A stretch of DNA of 64,000 nucleotides, from positions 7,023-71,022 of the forward strand of contig JBOHUK010000042.1 in assembly GCA_050734395.1 (NCBI GenBank). Reading direction: 5' to 3'. The notes beneath the pieces are model-generated. The model had not been told where the DNA came from. It worked only from the letters and a program-made list of their open reading frames with translations, and made no database searches. The number at the start of each line of letters is the position of its first letter. The stretch's first letter is position 1. The translations under genes and the position numbers were made by a program. This document shows positions 10,123 through 20,394 of the stretch, piece after piece. This DNA is from Candidatus Dormibacteria bacterium. Its GTDB lineage: Bacteria > Chloroflexota > Dormibacteria > Aeolococcales > Bog-877.

Positions 10123-11184
10123 GTGAAGGGCCTGGTGCTCAGCGGTGGCAAGGGCACCCGGCTGCGGCCCATCACCCACACCGGGGCCAAGCAGCTCGTT
10201 CCCATCGCCAACAAGCCGATCCTCTTCTACGGGTTGGAGGCGCTGGTGGGAGCGGGCATCACCGAGATCGGGATCATCGTCGGCGACACCGCGGCCGAGG
10301 TGCGCCAGGCGGTGGGGGATGGTTCCGGGCTGGGGGCGAGGGTGACTTACATCCCCCAGGAGGAGCCTTTGGGCCTGGCCCACGCTGTCAAGGTCGCCCT
10401 TCCCTTCCTGGGCGATTCCGACTTCGCCATGTACCTCGGTGACAACTTCCTCACCGGCGGGGTGCGCCAGGTGGTGGAGCAGTTCCAGCGGGAGCGGCCC
10501 GACGCCCTCATCCTCCTCAAGCCGATGCCGCATCCCGAGCGCTTCGGGGTGGCCGAGCTCGACGGCGAGCGGGTGGTGCGGCTCGTGGAGAAGCCGGTCG
10601 TGCCGCGTTCCGATCTGGTGCTGGTGGGCATCTACCTGTTCCGCAGCAGCATCCATGCGGCGGTGGACTCGATCGAGCCCTCCGCCCGGGGCGAGCTGGA
10701 GATCACCGATGCCATCCAGTGGATGGTCGACCACGGCGGCCGGGTGACGGCCCGCCTGGTCGAGGGGCGCTGGATCGACACCGGCAAGATGGACGACCTC
10801 CTGGAGTGCAACCGCGTGGTGCTGGAGATGCTGGCGGAGACCCGCGAGGGTCGCTCCAGCGAGGACTCCCGGTTGCTGGGCAAAGTGATCCTGGAAGAGG
10901 GGAGTGAGGTGATCGGGTCCACCATCCGGGGACCGGTGATCGTCGGCGCGCGCACCCGGGTGGTGGACTCCTTCATCGGTCCCTTCACCGCGCTGTACCA
11001 CGACGTCGTCGTCGAGGGCAGTGAGATCGAGCACTCGATCGTCCTCGAGAACACCGTGATCCGGGGCGCGGCCAAGATCGAGGACTCGCTCATCGGCCGC
11101 GATGTGGTGATCGAGAAGAGCGACACCCGGCCCCGGGCGCACAAGCTGGTGCTGGGTGACCACTCCCGGGTTAGCCTGGCCTGA
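10123..11184 (+). CDS. rmlA: Glucose-1-phosphate thymidylyltransferase (long form with C-terminal left-handed beta-helix)
   Basis: VKGLVLSGGKGTRLRPITHTGAKQLVPIANKPILFYGLEAL matches the RmlA/RfbA G-rich loop. GTG start at 10123. Confidence 0.85.
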   Translation: MKGLVLSGGKGTRLRPITHTGAKQLVPIANKPILFYGLEALVGAGITEIGIIVGDTAAEVRQAVGDGSGLGARVTYIPQEEPLGLAHAVKVALPFLGDSDFAMYLGDNFLTGGVRQVVEQFQRERPDALILLKPMPHPERFGVAELDGERVVRLVEKPVVPRSDLVLVGIYLFRSSIHAAVDSIEPSARGELEITDAIQWMVDHGGRVTARLVEGRWIDTGKMDDLLECNRVVLEMLAETREGRSSEDSRLLGKVILEEGSEVIGSTIRGPVIVGARTRVVDSFIGPFTALYHDVVVEGSEIEHSIVLENTVIRGAAKIEDSLIGRDVVIEKSDTRPRAHKLVLGDHSRVSLA

Positions 11185-11209
11185 GGGGACGAGGGCTAAG
11201 GAGAGGCTG

Positions 11210-11788
11210 ATGGCCTGGCTGGAGATTCCGGAAGGGGTGGAGCGGGTGCTGGCGGCGGGCGCCGCGGTGCCCCTGCGCCAGCGCCTCGGCCCGATCGAGG
11301 GGGTGATGGTCAAGTCGTTCACCGTGCACAGCGACGCCCGCGGCTACTTCCTGGAGCAGCTCAAGCGCGGCGACCGCGACGACGAGGGCCGCCCTTTTTT
11401 GCCCGAGCAACCCTTCGCCCAGATGTCGCGCTCGCTGGCCTACGCCCGGGGCGGTAACCCGCCGGAGCTGATCAAGGCCTTCCACTGGCACCAACGGCAG
11501 TGGGACTACTGGGACGTGGTCCGGGGCAACGCCCGGGTCGTGCTGGTGGACCTGCGCGAGGGCTCGGCGAGCGCCGGCCGCGTCCAGGTGGTGCTGGCGG
11601 GTGAGAACGCCCCCAAGATGATCGCGATCCCACCCCTGGTGGCCCATGGCTACCAGGTCCTCGACCTGCAAGACGTGCTGCTCTGCTACTACGTCAGCGA
11701 GCCCTACGACCCCGAGCAACCAGACGAGGGGCGCATCCCCTGGGACGACCCCCGGATCGGCTTCGACTGGCGGGTGGAGAACATCTGA
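11210..11788 (+). CDS. rmlC: dTDP-4-dehydrorhamnose 3,5-epimerase
   Basis: Cupin epimerase motifs (RGYFLE, FHWHQRQWDYWDVVRGNARVVLVD, AHGYQVL). An AAGGAGAGG RBS lies upstream of the ATG. Confidence 0.85.
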   Translation: MAWLEIPEGVERVLAAGAAVPLRQRLGPIEGVMVKSFTVHSDARGYFLEQLKRGDRDDEGRPFLPEQPFAQMSRSLAYARGGNPPELIKAFHWHQRQWDYWDVVRGNARVVLVDLREGSASAGRVQVVLAGENAPKMIAIPPLVAHGYQVLDLQDVLLCYYVSEPYDPEQPDEGRIPWDDPRIGFDWRVENI

Positions 11789-11789
11789 G

Positions 11790-12854
11790 GTGGCGGAGCC
11801 GGTCTTGGGCCCCGACGACCTGGCGGGCCTGCCGGAGCGGATCCTGGTGGCGGGCGGCGCCGGGTTCATCGGCTCCGCCTTCGTGCGCCTGCTGCTCGCC
11901 CGCGCCGACCCTCCTTGGGTGACGGTGCTGGACAAGCTCACCTACGCCGGCAGTCTCGCCAACCTCAAGGAGGTCGAGGTCCACCCCCGGTTTAGATTCC
12001 AGCGCGGCGACATCTGCGACCGCGACCTCGTGGACGGGCTGGCGAAGGAGGCGGACTGCATCGTCAACTTCGCCGCCGAGACCCATGTCGACCGGTCGAT
12101 CCTGGACCCCGAGGCCTTCATCCGCACCGATGTGCTGGGCACCCACCAGCTGCTGGAGGCGGCCCGCGCCCACTCGCACCAGCGCTACCTGCAGGTGTCC
12201 ACCGACGAGGTCTACGGTGACGTCGCCGAGCCCCAACGCTCGCTCGAGTCGGACCCGCTGCGGCCGCGCTCCCCGTATTCCGCGAGCAAGGCGGCGGGCG
12301 ACATGCTCTGCCTCGCCTACCTCTCCACCTACGGGCTGCCCATCCAGCTGACCCGGGGCTCCAACACCTACGGCCCGCACCAGTTCCCCGAGAAGATCGT
12401 GCCGCTGTTCATCACCCAGGCCCTCCAGGGGCTGCCGCTGCCGGTCTATGGCGACGGCAGCGCCGTCCGCGACTACCTCTACGTGGACGACCACGCCCTC
12501 GGGGTCGCGACCGTCCTCGCCCGCGGGGAGGCGGGGGGGATCTACAACCTGGGGCAGTCCGCGGAGCTGGTGAACGGCCTGGAGGTGGCCAGCTCGGTGC
12601 TGGCGCTGACCGGTGCCGACCGGGCCCTGATCCAGCCGGTGGTCGACCGCCCCGGTCACGACCGCCGCTACGCCCTCGACTGCGGTCGTGCCCGCCAACT
12701 GGGCTGGTCCCCGCGCTCGGACTTCCGGTCCGGGCTGCAGCGCACCGTCGACTGGTACCGGACCAATCGGGAGTGGTGGGAGCCGATCAAGGGAGGCGAG
12801 TTCCAGGACTTCTACCGGCGCAACTACCGGCCGCTGGCCAGCAGCCGCTCCTGA
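11790..12854 (+). CDS. rmlB: dTDP-glucose 4,6-dehydratase
   Basis: ILVAGGAGFIGSAFVRLLL Rossmann motif, catalytic YSASKAAGD (YxxxK), and a TDEVYG segment. GTG start immediately after the rmlC stop. Confidence 0.9.
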   Translation: MAEPVLGPDDLAGLPERILVAGGAGFIGSAFVRLLLARADPPWVTVLDKLTYAGSLANLKEVEVHPRFRFQRGDICDRDLVDGLAKEADCIVNFAAETHVDRSILDPEAFIRTDVLGTHQLLEAARAHSHQRYLQVSTDEVYGDVAEPQRSLESDPLRPRSPYSASKAAGDMLCLAYLSTYGLPIQLTRGSNTYGPHQFPEKIVPLFITQALQGLPLPVYGDGSAVRDYLYVDDHALGVATVLARGEAGGIYNLGQSAELVNGLEVASSVLALTGADRALIQPVVDRPGHDRRYALDCGRARQLGWSPRSDFRSGLQRTVDWYRTNREWWEPIKGGEFQDFYRRNYRPLASSRS

Positions 12855-12864
12855 GCGGGCAGCC

Positions 12865-13755
12865 GTGAGGGTGCTGGTGCTGGGCGCGGGCGGCCAGCTG
12901 GGCCAGGAGCTCTGTCGGCAGCTCGCGCTGCTCGGCCATGAGGCGGTGGGGCTCAAGCGTGCGGACCTGGACATCACCGAGCCGCAGGCGGTCGAGGAGC
13001 AGCTGGGGCAGGTGGGGCCGGAGCGGGTCGTGAACTGCGCCGCCTACACCCGGGTCGACGACGCCGAGGCCAATCCCGAGCTGGCCTTCGCCGTCAACCG
13101 CGACGGTGCGGGGCATGTGGCCAGGGCGTGTGCCCAGCTGGGGGTTCCGCTCTGCCACATCAGCACCGACTTCGTCTTCAGCCAGGACCCGCCCGCCGAG
13201 CCCCGGCCCTGGTCGGAGACGGACACGCCCCAGCCGCTGGGGGTCTACGCCCAGAGCAAGCGCGCCGGTGAGCTGGTCTGCCAGGAGCAGCACCGAGAGC
13301 TGTTCCTGGTCCGCACCGCGTGGCTGTTCGGCGGCACCGGTCCCAACTTTCCCCTGGCCATCTGTCGCGCCGCCGCCGAAGGTCGCAGCCTGCGGGTGGT
13401 CGAGGACCAGACCGGCACCCCCACCTGGACCGGCACGCTGGCGCCTGCCCTGATCGAGCTCCTGCAGACGCAGAGCTACGGCCTCTACCACCTGACCGCC
13501 TCCGGCGCCACCACCTGGCTGGAGTTTGCCCGGGCCACTCTCGCCGAGGTGGGGATCGAGGGGCAGGTGCAGCCCACCACCACCTCGGCCTGGGCGGCGC
13601 CCGCTCCCCGGCCCCGCTACTCGGTGCTGGAGAACCGCCGCTGGCAGGAGCTGGGCCGGGCCCCGCTGGAGGGCTGGCGCGATGGACTGCGCCGGTACAT
13701 CAGCGCCGAGCGGGGTGGCGCGCTGGCGGGGCTGAGCCCCTCCCGGACCGCCTAG
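12865..13755 (+). CDS. rmlD: dTDP-4-dehydrorhamnose reductase
   Basis: VRVLVLGAGGQLGQEL N-terminus and a YAQSKRAGE (YxxxK) segment. Length is typical of RmlD. Confidence 0.85.
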   Translation: MRVLVLGAGGQLGQELCRQLALLGHEAVGLKRADLDITEPQAVEEQLGQVGPERVVNCAAYTRVDDAEANPELAFAVNRDGAGHVARACAQLGVPLCHISTDFVFSQDPPAEPRPWSETDTPQPLGVYAQSKRAGELVCQEQHRELFLVRTAWLFGGTGPNFPLAICRAAAEGRSLRVVEDQTGTPTWTGTLAPALIELLQTQSYGLYHLTASGATTWLEFARATLAEVGIEGQVQPTTTSAWAAPAPRPRYSVLENRRWQELGRAPLEGWRDGLRRYISAERGGALAGLSPSRTA

Positions 13756-14655
13756 GTGGCCCCCGGGCCGCCGGGCCCGACGGTGTCCGTCCTCATCTGC
13801 ACGTTCCAGTCGAGCGGGGAGGTGGAGGCGGCCCTGCGCTCCTGCCTGGACCAGGGGTTGCCACAGGAGCGGCTGGTGGTGGTGGACAACCACTCCGACG
13901 ACGGCTCGGCGGACCTGGTCGCGCAAGAGTTCCCCTCGGTCCGCTTGATCCGGCTCGAGCGCAACCTGGGCTTCGCCCGTGCCAACAACCTGGCGGCGCG
14001 GCAGGCGGCGCCCGGGGACTTGCTGCTGCTCAACCCGGACGCCAGGCTGGGGGAGGGGGCGCTGGCCACGATGAGGGCGGCTTTGGCCGCGGATCCCCGC
14101 CGGGGCGCGATCTCGCCGCGCATCGACCGGCCGGACGGCAGCCTCGACCGCGCCTGCCACCGCAGCTTCCCCACTCTGCTCAGCGCCTTCTGGCGGCTCG
14201 GGGGGCTGAGCCGTCTGCGACCCAGCAGCTCCCACTTCGCCGCCTACAACCTGGGGCACCTGCCCCCGGACCTGTCCACCGAAATCGACAGCGGCACGGG
14301 CGCCTGCATGCTGCTGCGCCGCGAGGCCTGGGAGCGGCTGGGCGGGTTCGATGAAGGGTTCTTCATGTACGGTGAGGATCTGGACCTCTGCTGGCGGCTG
14401 CGCCATCAGCTGGGGCTCTGCGTCTGGTACGAGGCGCAGGCCCGGGTGCTGCACCTCAAGGGTCAGAGTTCGCAGCAGCGAGCGCTGCGGATGCTGGTGG
14501 CGTTCCACCGCTCGATGTGGCGGTTCTACCGGCTGCACTACCTGCAGGGCGCCCGTGCCCTGTGGGCGCCGCTGGTGGCGCTAGGGGTGCTGGCGCGCCT
14601 CGTCATCCTGCTGGCGCTCAACCGGCTCCGGCGCCACCCCAAGGTGAGTCCGTGA
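13756..14655 (+). CDS. Glycosyltransferase family 2
   Basis: VSVLICTFQSSGEVEAALRSCLDQ and VVVDNHSDDGS (GT-A DxD region). GTG start abuts the rmlD stop. Confidence 0.8.
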   Translation: MAPGPPGPTVSVLICTFQSSGEVEAALRSCLDQGLPQERLVVVDNHSDDGSADLVAQEFPSVRLIRLERNLGFARANNLAARQAAPGDLLLLNPDARLGEGALATMRAALAADPRRGAISPRIDRPDGSLDRACHRSFPTLLSAFWRLGGLSRLRPSSSHFAAYNLGHLPPDLSTEIDSGTGACMLLRREAWERLGGFDEGFFMYGEDLDLCWRLRHQLGLCVWYEAQARVLHLKGQSSQQRALRMLVAFHRSMWRFYRLHYLQGARALWAPLVALGVLARLVILLALNRLRRHPKVSP

Positions 14656-15653
14656 GCCTCGATGCCTCCATCGCTGTGATCCTGATCAATTGGAACGGGA
14701 TCCAGGACGCGGCTCCGGCCCTTGCCTCGGTGCGGGCTCAGACCCGGGCCGCGCAGGAGGTGGTGGTGGTGGACAACGGGTCTGTCGACGGCTCGCGGGA
14801 GTGGTTCCAGCAGCAGCCGGGCGTGCAGGTTCTGGCCAATTCGCGCAATCTGGGCTTCGCCGCCGCCGTCAACCGCGGGCTCGCCGCCAGCAGCTCTGCC
14901 TACGTTTGCCTCTGCAACCTGGATGTCCGCCTCGACGCCGGTTTCCTCGAGGCGGCGCTGGCCCGGGCGGAGTCCGATCCCCGGATCGGGACTGTCGCCG
15001 GCCGGCTGCGCCACCCGCCGGAGGGTGGGCTCACCACGCTCGACTCGACCGGTCACGTCCTGCACCGCAGCGGCTGGGTGGCCAACCGCGACTCGGGGCA
15101 CCCGGACCGCGGCCAGCGCCGCCACCCCGAGGAGGTCTTCGGCGCCTCGGCGGCGGCCGTCCTCTACCGGCGGCGGATGCTCCAGGACGTGGCACTCGAC
15201 GGCCAGGTGCTGGCCGAGGACCTCTTCGCCTACCTTGAGGACGTGGACCTCGACTTCCGGGCGCGCTGGGCGGGCTGGCGCTGCTGGTACGAGCCGGAGG
15301 CCGGGGCGAGCCACCGCCGCGGCGGCAGCGGCCTGCACCGCACCTCCGCCATCGAGCGCCACGTGGTCGCCAACCGGATCACCGTCTACATCCGCAACGC
15401 TCCCCCGGAGTGGCTGCGCGGGCCGGCTCTGGGGTCGGCGTTGGCGCTCTTCACCCTGCGCGCGGCGCGGGCCCTGCTCCGGCACCCCGCCGCGGCGCTG
15501 GGGGTGATGGACGCAGTGCTGCGCCTGCCCCGCAGCCGCCGGGAGCGGGCCCGGATCGTGGGGCAGCACCGGTTGGCTGATGGAGAGTTGGCTCGCTGGG
15601 CCAGGCCCACCCCCTGGGCCCGGCTGCTCCGCGTCAGCCGCCGGGAGGCCTGA
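14652..15653 (+). CDS. Glycosyltransferase family 2
   Basis: IAVILINWNG....VVVVDNGSVDGS....NLGFAAAVNRGL GT-A motifs. The GTGA start overlaps the previous stop. Confidence 0.8.
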   Translation: MSLDASIAVILINWNGIQDAAPALASVRAQTRAAQEVVVVDNGSVDGSREWFQQQPGVQVLANSRNLGFAAAVNRGLAASSSAYVCLCNLDVRLDAGFLEAALARAESDPRIGTVAGRLRHPPEGGLTTLDSTGHVLHRSGWVANRDSGHPDRGQRRHPEEVFGASAAAVLYRRRMLQDVALDGQVLAEDLFAYLEDVDLDFRARWAGWRCWYEPEAGASHRRGGSGLHRTSAIERHVVANRITVYIRNAPPEWLRGPALGSALALFTLRAARALLRHPAAALGVMDAVLRLPRSRRERARIVGQHRLADGELARWARPTPWARLLRVSRREA

Positions 15654-15661
15654 GTCTGGCC

Positions 15662-16042
15662 ATGGCCGCCGAGGAGCGCAGCTACACCGTGGACCAGGCC
15701 CAGGACCTGCTTCCCGCTCTCACCGAGGTCCTGGTCGCGCTGCGGCGCGAACTCGGCCTGGCCACCGCCGAAGCGGGCCTCGAGCAGGCCCGTTCCGGAG
15801 CTGGCCACAACGGCGGCGGCGAGGCGGCCTCGGCGATGCTGGCGGCGGGCCGCCGGGTCGAGCGCCAGATGGCCTTCCTGCAGGAGCATGGCATCCTGCT
15901 TCGTGATCTCGAAAGCGGCCTCGTAGACTTTCCCGCGGAGCGGGGCCGAAACCCTATCTACCTCTGCTGGCGACTCGGGGAATCCGAGATCGGATTCTGG
16001 CACCCGCGTGATCGCGGGTTCGCGGACCGGCGCTCCCTCTGA
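15662..16042 (+). CDS. DUF2203-family hypothetical protein
   Basis: 126 aa. The C-terminal NPIYLCWRLGESEIGFWH pattern is typical of DUF2203 proteins. Confidence 0.45.
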   Translation: MAAEERSYTVDQAQDLLPALTEVLVALRRELGLATAEAGLEQARSGAGHNGGGEAASAMLAAGRRVERQMAFLQEHGILLRDLESGLVDFPAERGRNPIYLCWRLGESEIGFWHPRDRGFADRRSL

Positions 16043-16077
16043 ACTTGGCTCGCTCGGGCCTGTAGTACCATGCCCCG

Positions 16078-16617
16078 GTGCCGGAGGCCCTCTCATCTTC
16101 TGAAGTGGACCTGCGCGCTCACATCCGAGACGTTCCCGACTATCCCCAGCCCGGGATCCTGTTCCGCGACATCACCCCGCTGCTGGCCAGCGGGCCCGCC
16201 TTCCGGAAGGCCTGCCGGGACCTGACCCACCTCTTCGCCGAGGAGGAGGTGGGGGCTGTCGCCAGCATCGAGTCCCGGGGTTTCACCTTCGGGGCGGTGA
16301 TCGCCTACGAGTTGGGGGTGGGCGTGGTGCCGGTGCGCAAGGCCGGGCGGCTGCCGGCGGAGCGGATCAGCGCCGAGTACGAGCTGGAATACGGCCGGGC
16401 GGTGCTCGAGCTCCACAGGGACGCCTTCCCCGCCGGCACCCGGGTGCTGGTGGTCGACGACCTGCTGGCGACCGGGGGAACGGCGCTCGCCACCCTGCAG
16501 CTGGTGGAGGCGCTGGGCGGGGTGACGGTGGGGCTGGGGTTCGTCATCGAGCTGACCGCGCTCGGCGGCCGCGGGCGGCTCCAGGGCCACCGGGTGGAGG
16601 CGCTGCTGGCGCTCTGA
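16078..16617 (+). CDS. apt: Adenine phosphoribosyltransferase
   Basis: [16 protein letters not shown] and the PRPP-binding motif [14 protein letters not shown]. 179 aa. Confidence 0.9.
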   Translation: MPEALSSSEVDLRAHIRDVPDYPQPGILFRDITPLLASGPAFRKACRDLTHLFAEEEVGAVASIESRGFTFGAVIAYELGVGVVPVRKAGRLPAERISAEYELEYGRAVLELHRDAFPAGTRVLVVDDLLATGGTALATLQLVEALGGVTVGLGFVIELTALGGRGRLQGHRVEALLAL

Positions 16618-16633
16618 TGGAGGTCCTCTGAAG

Positions 16634-17911
16634 ATGGTGGGTGCGGGAGTGGCAGCCGACTACGACGTCAGCGACCTCAAGCTGGCCGAGGCGGGGCGGC
16701 AGCGGGTGGACTGGGCGGCCCGGGAGATGCCGGTCCTGGCCCAGGTCAAAGAGCGCTTCGAGCGCGACCAGCCCTTGCGCGATTTGCGCCTGGGCGCCTG
16801 CCTGCACGTCACCGCCGAGACCGCCAACCTGATCCTGACCCTGGCCGCCGGCGGCGCCACGGTGGCGCTCTGCGCCAGCAACCCGCTCTCCACCCAGGAC
16901 TCGGTGGCGGCCGCGCTGGTCGAGCGCGGGATCGCCGTCTTCGCCCGCCGCGGCGAGGACCATGACTCGTACTACAGCCACATCGAGTCGGTCCTGGCCA
17001 GCGACCCCCAGATCACCATGGACGACGGGGCGGACCTGGTGAGCCTGCTGCATCAGCGGCCCAAGGAGCAGGCGGCCGGGGTGTTGGGGAGCCTGGAGGA
17101 GACCACGACCGGCGTGATCCGGCTGCGGGCCATGGCGGAGGCGGGGGTGCTGCGCTTCCCGGTGATCGCCGTCAACGAGGCCCAGACCAAGCACCTGTTC
17201 GACAACCGCTACGGGACGGGCCAGTCCACGATCGATGGGCTGATCCGGGCGACCAACCTGCTGCTGGCCGGGCGCACCCTCGTCGTCTGCGGCTACGGCT
17301 GGTGCGGCCGGGGGCTGGCGGCGCGGGCGCGGGGCATGGGGGCACAGGTGATCGTCACCGAGGTGGAGCCGGTGCGCGCGCTGGAGGCGGTGATGGAGGG
17401 CTACCGGGTGATGACCCTGGAGCAGGCGGCGCCGATCGCCGACGTGATCATCACCGTGACCGGAGACTGCAACGTGGTGGACCGCCGCCACTTCGAGTTG
17501 CTCAAGGACGGGTGCGTGGTCGCCAACAGCGGGCACTTCAACTCGGAGATCAACCTGGCGGCCCTGGACACGCTGACGACCAGGGTGAGCGAGGCGCGTC
17601 CCGGGGTCGCAGAGCACCAGCTCCAGGACGGCCGCCGGGTGTACCTGCTGGCCGAGGGTCGGCTGCTCAACCTGGCGGCCGCCGAGGGGCACCCCTCCTC
17701 GGTGATGGACATGTCCTTCTCCAACCAGGCGCTGGCGACCGCCTACCTGGCCCGGCGGGCCGGGGAGCTGGAGCCCAAGGTCTACGACGTCCCTGCGGAA
17801 ATCGACGAGGAGGTGGCCCGGCTCAAGCTGCAGTCGCTGGGGGTGGAGATCGACCAGCTCACCGACGAGCAGCGCCGCTACCTCACCTCCTGGGAGCAGG
17901 GAACCGACTGA
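16634..17911 (+). CDS. ahcY: Adenosylhomocysteinase
   Basis: [28 protein letters not shown]-terminus and the NAD site GYGWCGRG. 425 aa. Confidence 0.95.
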   Translation: MVGAGVAADYDVSDLKLAEAGRQRVDWAAREMPVLAQVKERFERDQPLRDLRLGACLHVTAETANLILTLAAGGATVALCASNPLSTQDSVAAALVERGIAVFARRGEDHDSYYSHIESVLASDPQITMDDGADLVSLLHQRPKEQAAGVLGSLEETTTGVIRLRAMAEAGVLRFPVIAVNEAQTKHLFDNRYGTGQSTIDGLIRATNLLLAGRTLVVCGYGWCGRGLAARARGMGAQVIVTEVEPVRALEAVMEGYRVMTLEQAAPIADVIITVTGDCNVVDRRHFELLKDGCVVANSGHFNSEINLAALDTLTTRVSEARPGVAEHQLQDGRRVYLLAEGRLLNLAAAEGHPSSVMDMSFSNQALATAYLARRAGELEPKVYDVPAEIDEEVARLKLQSLGVEIDQLTDEQRRYLTSWEQGTD

Positions 17912-18007
17912 GGGCCGGGGTGGCCCTAAGATGGCCGCAACCTCGGACAGGAGAAGGCCCTCCCCCGCCGGGACGGGTGGCTTCCGGTGAGGCAGGAGGA
18001 GAGGCAG

Positions 18008-19204
18008 ATGACACAGGGTCCCACCAGGCGGTTGTTCACCTCCGAGTCGGTGACCGAGGGCCATCCCGACAAGATGGCCGACCAGATCTCCGACGCCATC
18101 CTGGACGCGATCCTGGCCAAGGACCCGCTGGCCCGGGTGGCCTGTGAGACCGCCCTCACCACCGGCACCGCCATCCTCCTGGGCGAGATCTCCACCGAGT
18201 GCTACGTGGACATGCCCCGGGTGGTGCGCCAGACCATCCGCGAGATCGGCTACGTGCGGGCCAAGTACGGCTTCGACTACGAGACCTGTGGCGTCCTGAT
18301 CTGCATCGAGGGCCAGTCGCCGGACATCGCCCAGGGGGTGGACCAGGGGGGCGCCGGCGACCAGGGGATGATGTTCGGCTTCGCCTGCGACGAGACCCCG
18401 GAGCTGATGCCCGCGCCGATCCAGTACGCCCACGGCGTCGCCCGCCGACTGGCGGAGATGCGCAAGAACGGGACCCTGCGCTGGGCCCGCCCGGACGGCA
18501 AGACCCAGGGGACAGTCGAGTACGACGAGCAGGGCGAGCCCTGCCACATCAACACCGTGGTGGTCTCAGCCCAGCACTCCGAGGATGTCAGCCAGGAGCA
18601 GGTGGAGCGGGACATCCGCCACCACGTGCTGGCGGGGGCGCTCCCCGAGCACCTCTTCGACGAGGCCACCCGGGTGCTGGTCAACCCCACCGGGCGGTTC
18701 GTGATCGGCGGGCCCCAGGGCGACGCCGGGCTCACCGGCCGCAAGATCATCGTCGACAGTTACGGCGGGCTGGGCCGCCACGGGGGCGGCGCCTTCTCGG
18801 GCAAGGATCCGACCAAGGTGGACCGCTCCGCCGCCTACGGCGCCCGTTACGTGGCCAAGAACGTGGTCGCCGCCGGGCTGGCCCGGCGCGCCGAGATCCA
18901 GGTGGCCTACGCCATCGGGGTGGCCAAGCCGGTCTCGGTGGCGGTCGACACCTTCGGCAGCGAGCGGGTGCCGCGGGCCACGATCGAGGCCCTGATCGAG
19001 GAGTACTTCGACCTCTCGCCGGCGGGGATCATCAAGGAGCTCAACCTGCGCGCCCCTCTCTACCGGCAGGTCGCGGCCTACGGCCACTTCGGGCGCTCGG
19101 ACCTGGACCTGCCCTGGGAGCGGACCCCGTACGCCCACGACCTGGCCCGGGACGCCGGCCTGGCGCCCCCGCAGCTGCAGGCGCTGAGCGGAGGCAGCGC
19201 CTGA
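18008..19204 (+). CDS. metK: S-adenosylmethionine synthase
   Basis: [24 protein letters not shown] signature and the [19 protein letters not shown] segment. [13 protein letters not shown] is upstream. Confidence 0.95.
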   Translation: MTQGPTRRLFTSESVTEGHPDKMADQISDAILDAILAKDPLARVACETALTTGTAILLGEISTECYVDMPRVVRQTIREIGYVRAKYGFDYETCGVLICIEGQSPDIAQGVDQGGAGDQGMMFGFACDETPELMPAPIQYAHGVARRLAEMRKNGTLRWARPDGKTQGTVEYDEQGEPCHINTVVVSAQHSEDVSQEQVERDIRHHVLAGALPEHLFDEATRVLVNPTGRFVIGGPQGDAGLTGRKIIVDSYGGLGRHGGGAFSGKDPTKVDRSAAYGARYVAKNVVAAGLARRAEIQVAYAIGVAKPVSVAVDTFGSERVPRATIEALIEEYFDLSPAGIIKELNLRAPLYRQVAAYGHFGRSDLDLPWERTPYAHDLARDAGLAPPQLQALSGGSA

Positions 19205-19254
19205 GCGCCACTGGCGAGAGGGCCGGGGCTAGCCCGCCGACCGCGCTGGTCACG

Positions 19255-20325
19255 GTGATCCTGGCCGGCGGCTCCGGCACCCGGCTCTGGCCCCGCTCCC
19301 GCGAGGGCACCCCCAAGCACCTGCTCCCGATCGCCCCCGACGGCCGCTCGCTGCTCCGCCACGCCTACGAGCGGGCCCGGCGCCTGGGCGGCCCGGTCCT
19401 GGTCGTGAGCGCCGCCGGCCAGGGTCCGCGCATCGCCGAGGAGCTCCCCGAGCTGCCATCGGAGTGGCTGCTGCTGGAGCCCGAGCCGCGGGGCACCGGG
19501 CCGGCCCTGGCCTGGGCCGCGCTGCGGGCCTTGGAGCTGCGCGAGGACGCCGTGATGGTGTCCCTCCACGCCGACCACTACCTCCCTGACTGGGAGGCGA
19601 CCACCCGCGCCCTGCGCTCGGCGGCGCTCTGGGCGGAGAACGCGGGGCTCCTGATCTCCATCGGCCTGAAGCCGAGCTGGGCGGCGCCTGGGTTCGGCTA
19701 CGTCGAGGCCGGGGAGGCGCTGCCCACCCCGGCAGACCTGGGAGGGGATGTGCTGCCGCTGCACCGGGCGATCGGCTTCGTGGAGAAGCCGGGAGCGGAG
19801 CGGGCCTTGGAGATGGTCCAGTCGGGCAGCTTCCTCTGGAACACAGGGCTGTTCTCCTGGCCGGCCCAGCTGCTGCTGGAGGAGATGCAGGTGCACGCCC
19901 CCGAGGTGTTGGGGGCGGTGCGGCGGGCGCACGCGGCCGGTGCCGCCTTCGAGAAGCGCTGGCTCGAGGTGCCGCCCGGGGTGGTGGAGCGGCTGGTCTT
20001 GGAGCGCAGCGCCCACCTGGGCGTGCTGCCGGTCGACCTTCCCTGGAGCGACCTGGGCTCCTTCCTCGACCTCCACCAGGCGGCGCTGAGCGCCGGCCAG
20101 GCCGACGAGCAGGGCAACGTGGCGCGGGGGGACGTGCTGGTCCTGGATGGGGCGGGCAACTACGCCGACTCGGGCTCCGGGCGGCTGGTGGTGCTGGCCG
20201 GGGTGGAGAACCTGGCGGTCGTGGAGACGGCCGACGCGGTGCTGGTCTGCCCCCTGCCGCGGGTTCAGGAGGTGGCCCAGGTGGTGGCCCGCCTGCGGCA
20301 GCTGGGGCGTAGCGAGCTGCTCTGA
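19255..20325 (+). CDS. manC: Mannose-1-phosphate guanylyltransferase, nucleotidyltransferase domain only
   Basis: ILAGGSGTRLWPRSREGTPKHLLPI and GFVEKPGAERA are typical of GDP-mannose pyrophosphorylase. The start is uncertain (first GTG at 19255). The N-terminus of the listed ORF 18199..20325 is a shadow of metK. Confidence 0.75.
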   Translation: MILAGGSGTRLWPRSREGTPKHLLPIAPDGRSLLRHAYERARRLGGPVLVVSAAGQGPRIAEELPELPSEWLLLEPEPRGTGPALAWAALRALELREDAVMVSLHADHYLPDWEATTRALRSAALWAENAGLLISIGLKPSWAAPGFGYVEAGEALPTPADLGGDVLPLHRAIGFVEKPGAERALEMVQSGSFLWNTGLFSWPAQLLLEEMQVHAPEVLGAVRRAHAAGAAFEKRWLEVPPGVVERLVLERSAHLGVLPVDLPWSDLGSFLDLHQAALSAGQADEQGNVARGDVLVLDGAGNYADSGSGRLVVLAGVENLAVVETADAVLVCPLPRVQEVAQVVARLRQLGRSELL

Positions 20326-20394
20326 GTCGCTGGCCTCTGCCCGGGACCCGGTGGAGGAGTGGCTGAGCCGGTCGGAGCTGGCGCCGCTCCTACA

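Noticed and set aside
17912-18007. Hairpin GGGCCGGGGTGGCCC after ahcY as an intrinsic terminator
   Set aside because: The stem is only 5 bp with no U-tract. In a 70% GC genome such palindromes are frequent, so it is not convincing as a terminator.
18199-20325. 708-aa ORF overlapping metK
   Set aside because: The 5' two-thirds is an alternate-frame shadow of metK, rich in R/G/P/A. Real coding (manC-like) begins around 19255.
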